The notes beneath the pieces were generated by a model, which saw only the letters and a list, made by a program, of their open reading frames with translations, was not told where the DNA came from and ran no database searches. Made by a program: the position numbers and the translations under genes. DNA of 61,004 nucleotides, counting the filler. It is 11 parts of 11 records of this genome, joined end to end, with 100 filler letters (N's around TTAATTAATTAA, not from the genome) between each part and the next. Parts side by side here need not be neighbours in the genome. Positions count along the whole stretch, not along the records: positions 55,859 to 61,004 come from SRR7504441_1109; 10 more parts are not named here. The stretch is one strand, 5' to 3'. Of this stretch, positions 59,556 through 61,004 are shown one piece after another (within the stretch, counting starts at the first letter, position 1; every line of letters begins with the position of its first letter).

Positions 59556-61004
59556 TCAGAATCCGATCTGCGTGCTCCCGCCACTCGACCCAAACCTGCG
59601 GGCTGGCTCAGTCGCCATTGGTTGGGCAGGGTGGGGGCCTGGCGTCCAGCTTGCTCTCCTTGAATCCAGGGACCGCCTCCCTTGCCGTGCACTGCACCTG
59701 TCCCGACTCCGGCACCTCGGCCTACCGCAGGGACCCACCTTGGCCGGCGGGGCCTCGGCTGGGGTGGCGCCCGGCTCGGGCTCGGGCAGCTTCCGCTTGG
59801 AGCTGCCGGCGGTGAGCTGGGCCGGTGGTGGGCACGCACCGGGCCTCTAGCACTCTGACTGGCCCGGCGGCTGCAGGAGTCGACGGCAGATCAAACCCTT
59901 TCCGCGCAGCCGCAGCCGGCTTGTCGGCCGCCACAGCGGTGGCAGAGAGTCCCTGCGGCCGGGCTGGCCTGGGTTTAGGCGGGGCGCGCCTCGGCTTGGA
60001 CGGTCTCTGCCATCTCGGCGAGCATCTCACGCAGGTCTTTGAGCTTGTCAGCCATCTCGAGCTCGCTCCGTCCCGCAGGGTCCGGCTCGCCCTCCCGGAC
60101 CGCCAGCAGCTCGCCCTGCAGCCCGGTCGGCTGGCTGACCCACCGGGCTTACCTCTAGCCGGGCGGCGCAGCGCTCCATCGATTGCTTACTCAGCTTGAG
60201 GTGCTCCAGGTACTTGTCCACTGTCTGCTCGGTCTGAGGCGTGGTGTACCCGTACGCCATCGCCAGCTCGTAGTGTCTGGCCCCCGCTCTCGGCTCCAGC
60301 CAGCGCAGCCGCACTCACACTTCGTAAATCTGCTTGTCGTGCGGCGCGCAGTACCGCAGCCGAAGCTCGAGGCACTCGCTCAGATCATTGATCGCCCTTT
60401 CGAACTGATCTGTTGCCGCCGGTCGGCCGGGGCTGGCTGGCGCCCACCGGATTGCTGGCTCACGTCGCCCAATCTGAGCAGCACCCGCGCGAGCTCGAGC
60501 CCCTTGCCCTCCGCCCCGCGGTAGATCTGGGCCGCCACCTGCCACCCGGCTGGCCCGCCAGTCGCGCTCAGCTCGCCTCCAGATTCATCCAGGCGATCTC
60601 GAGATCGTCGTCGTCCGCCGGCTCAGACTCCACCCCCGGCTCGTCGGCCGGTTGGGCCTCGCCGCCCTGCCCGAACACATCCATGCTCGCCTGGGCTTTC
60701 CGGATCAGAGCGTCCGCGTAGTCGTAGTAGGGTTCGGCCGTCTCCAGCCCTAGCTCGCCGTAGCGCTCCACTCTGCCGCCGGCTCCGGCTGCCAGCGCCG
60801 GCCCGCGGCCACCGATACTTGAGCACTCTGCCGAACTGGTCGATCGCTGCGTCGAACTCCTTGGCCTTGACCAGCGCCTGAGCGGCCAGCTCGCACCGGC
60901 ACCGGCTGGCCGCCACCTTGGCCTGCGCCAGCACCTCCGCCTCGCTCGCCTCAGTTACGGCCGGCAGCTCAGCTGTGGCCTCGGCCTCAGCGGTGGCCTC
61001 GGCC
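59556..61004 (-). CDS. NASP: NASP/Sim3 SHNi-TPR histone chaperone (5'-truncated)
   Basis: YGELGLETAEPYYDYADALIRKAQ, DDDDLEIAWMNLE, LGDVSQQS, AINDLSECLELR; many short introns. Confidence 0.85.

Overview
This is eukaryotic DNA, not prokaryotic: 11 short contigs (about 3-10 kb) of a compact, GC-rich protist genome joined by artificial 100-nt spacers (44 N + TTAATTAATTAA + 44 N), so adjacency across spacers is meaningless. About 30 whole or partial genes are present. Many carry very short spliceosomal introns (mostly 35-60 nt) with frequent GC donors and little polypyrimidine tract. Genes often alternate strand, with about 60-150 bp divergent promoters. Recognisable housekeeping genes: Brr2, WW-DEAD-box helicase (DDX5/DBP2 group), G6PD, LPCAT, NASP, IWS1 (3' end), an SDR and an OXR1-like TLDc protein. 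Most notable: (1) an extracellular dCache-like sensor spliced in frame to a two-pore-channel (TPC)-like protein with Glu-containing filters and degenerate voltage sensors, a candidate new ligand-gated channel; (2) a circularly permuted HAD hydrolase; (3) an intronless tandem-ART protein (dead + R-S-E active domain); (4) a secreted repeat precursor with short two-Cys cores; (5) a YAACGG (MYB/MSA-like) motif recurring in the tiny promoters; (6) a TTAGGG insertion flanked by a 34-bp duplication of a splice donor; (7) several pseudoenzymes (J-domain/rhodanese/dead DSP, degenerate G9a-like SET, reversed tandem PRMT). All domain calls are by eye from motifs; no database searches were run, and exon boundaries are inferred.
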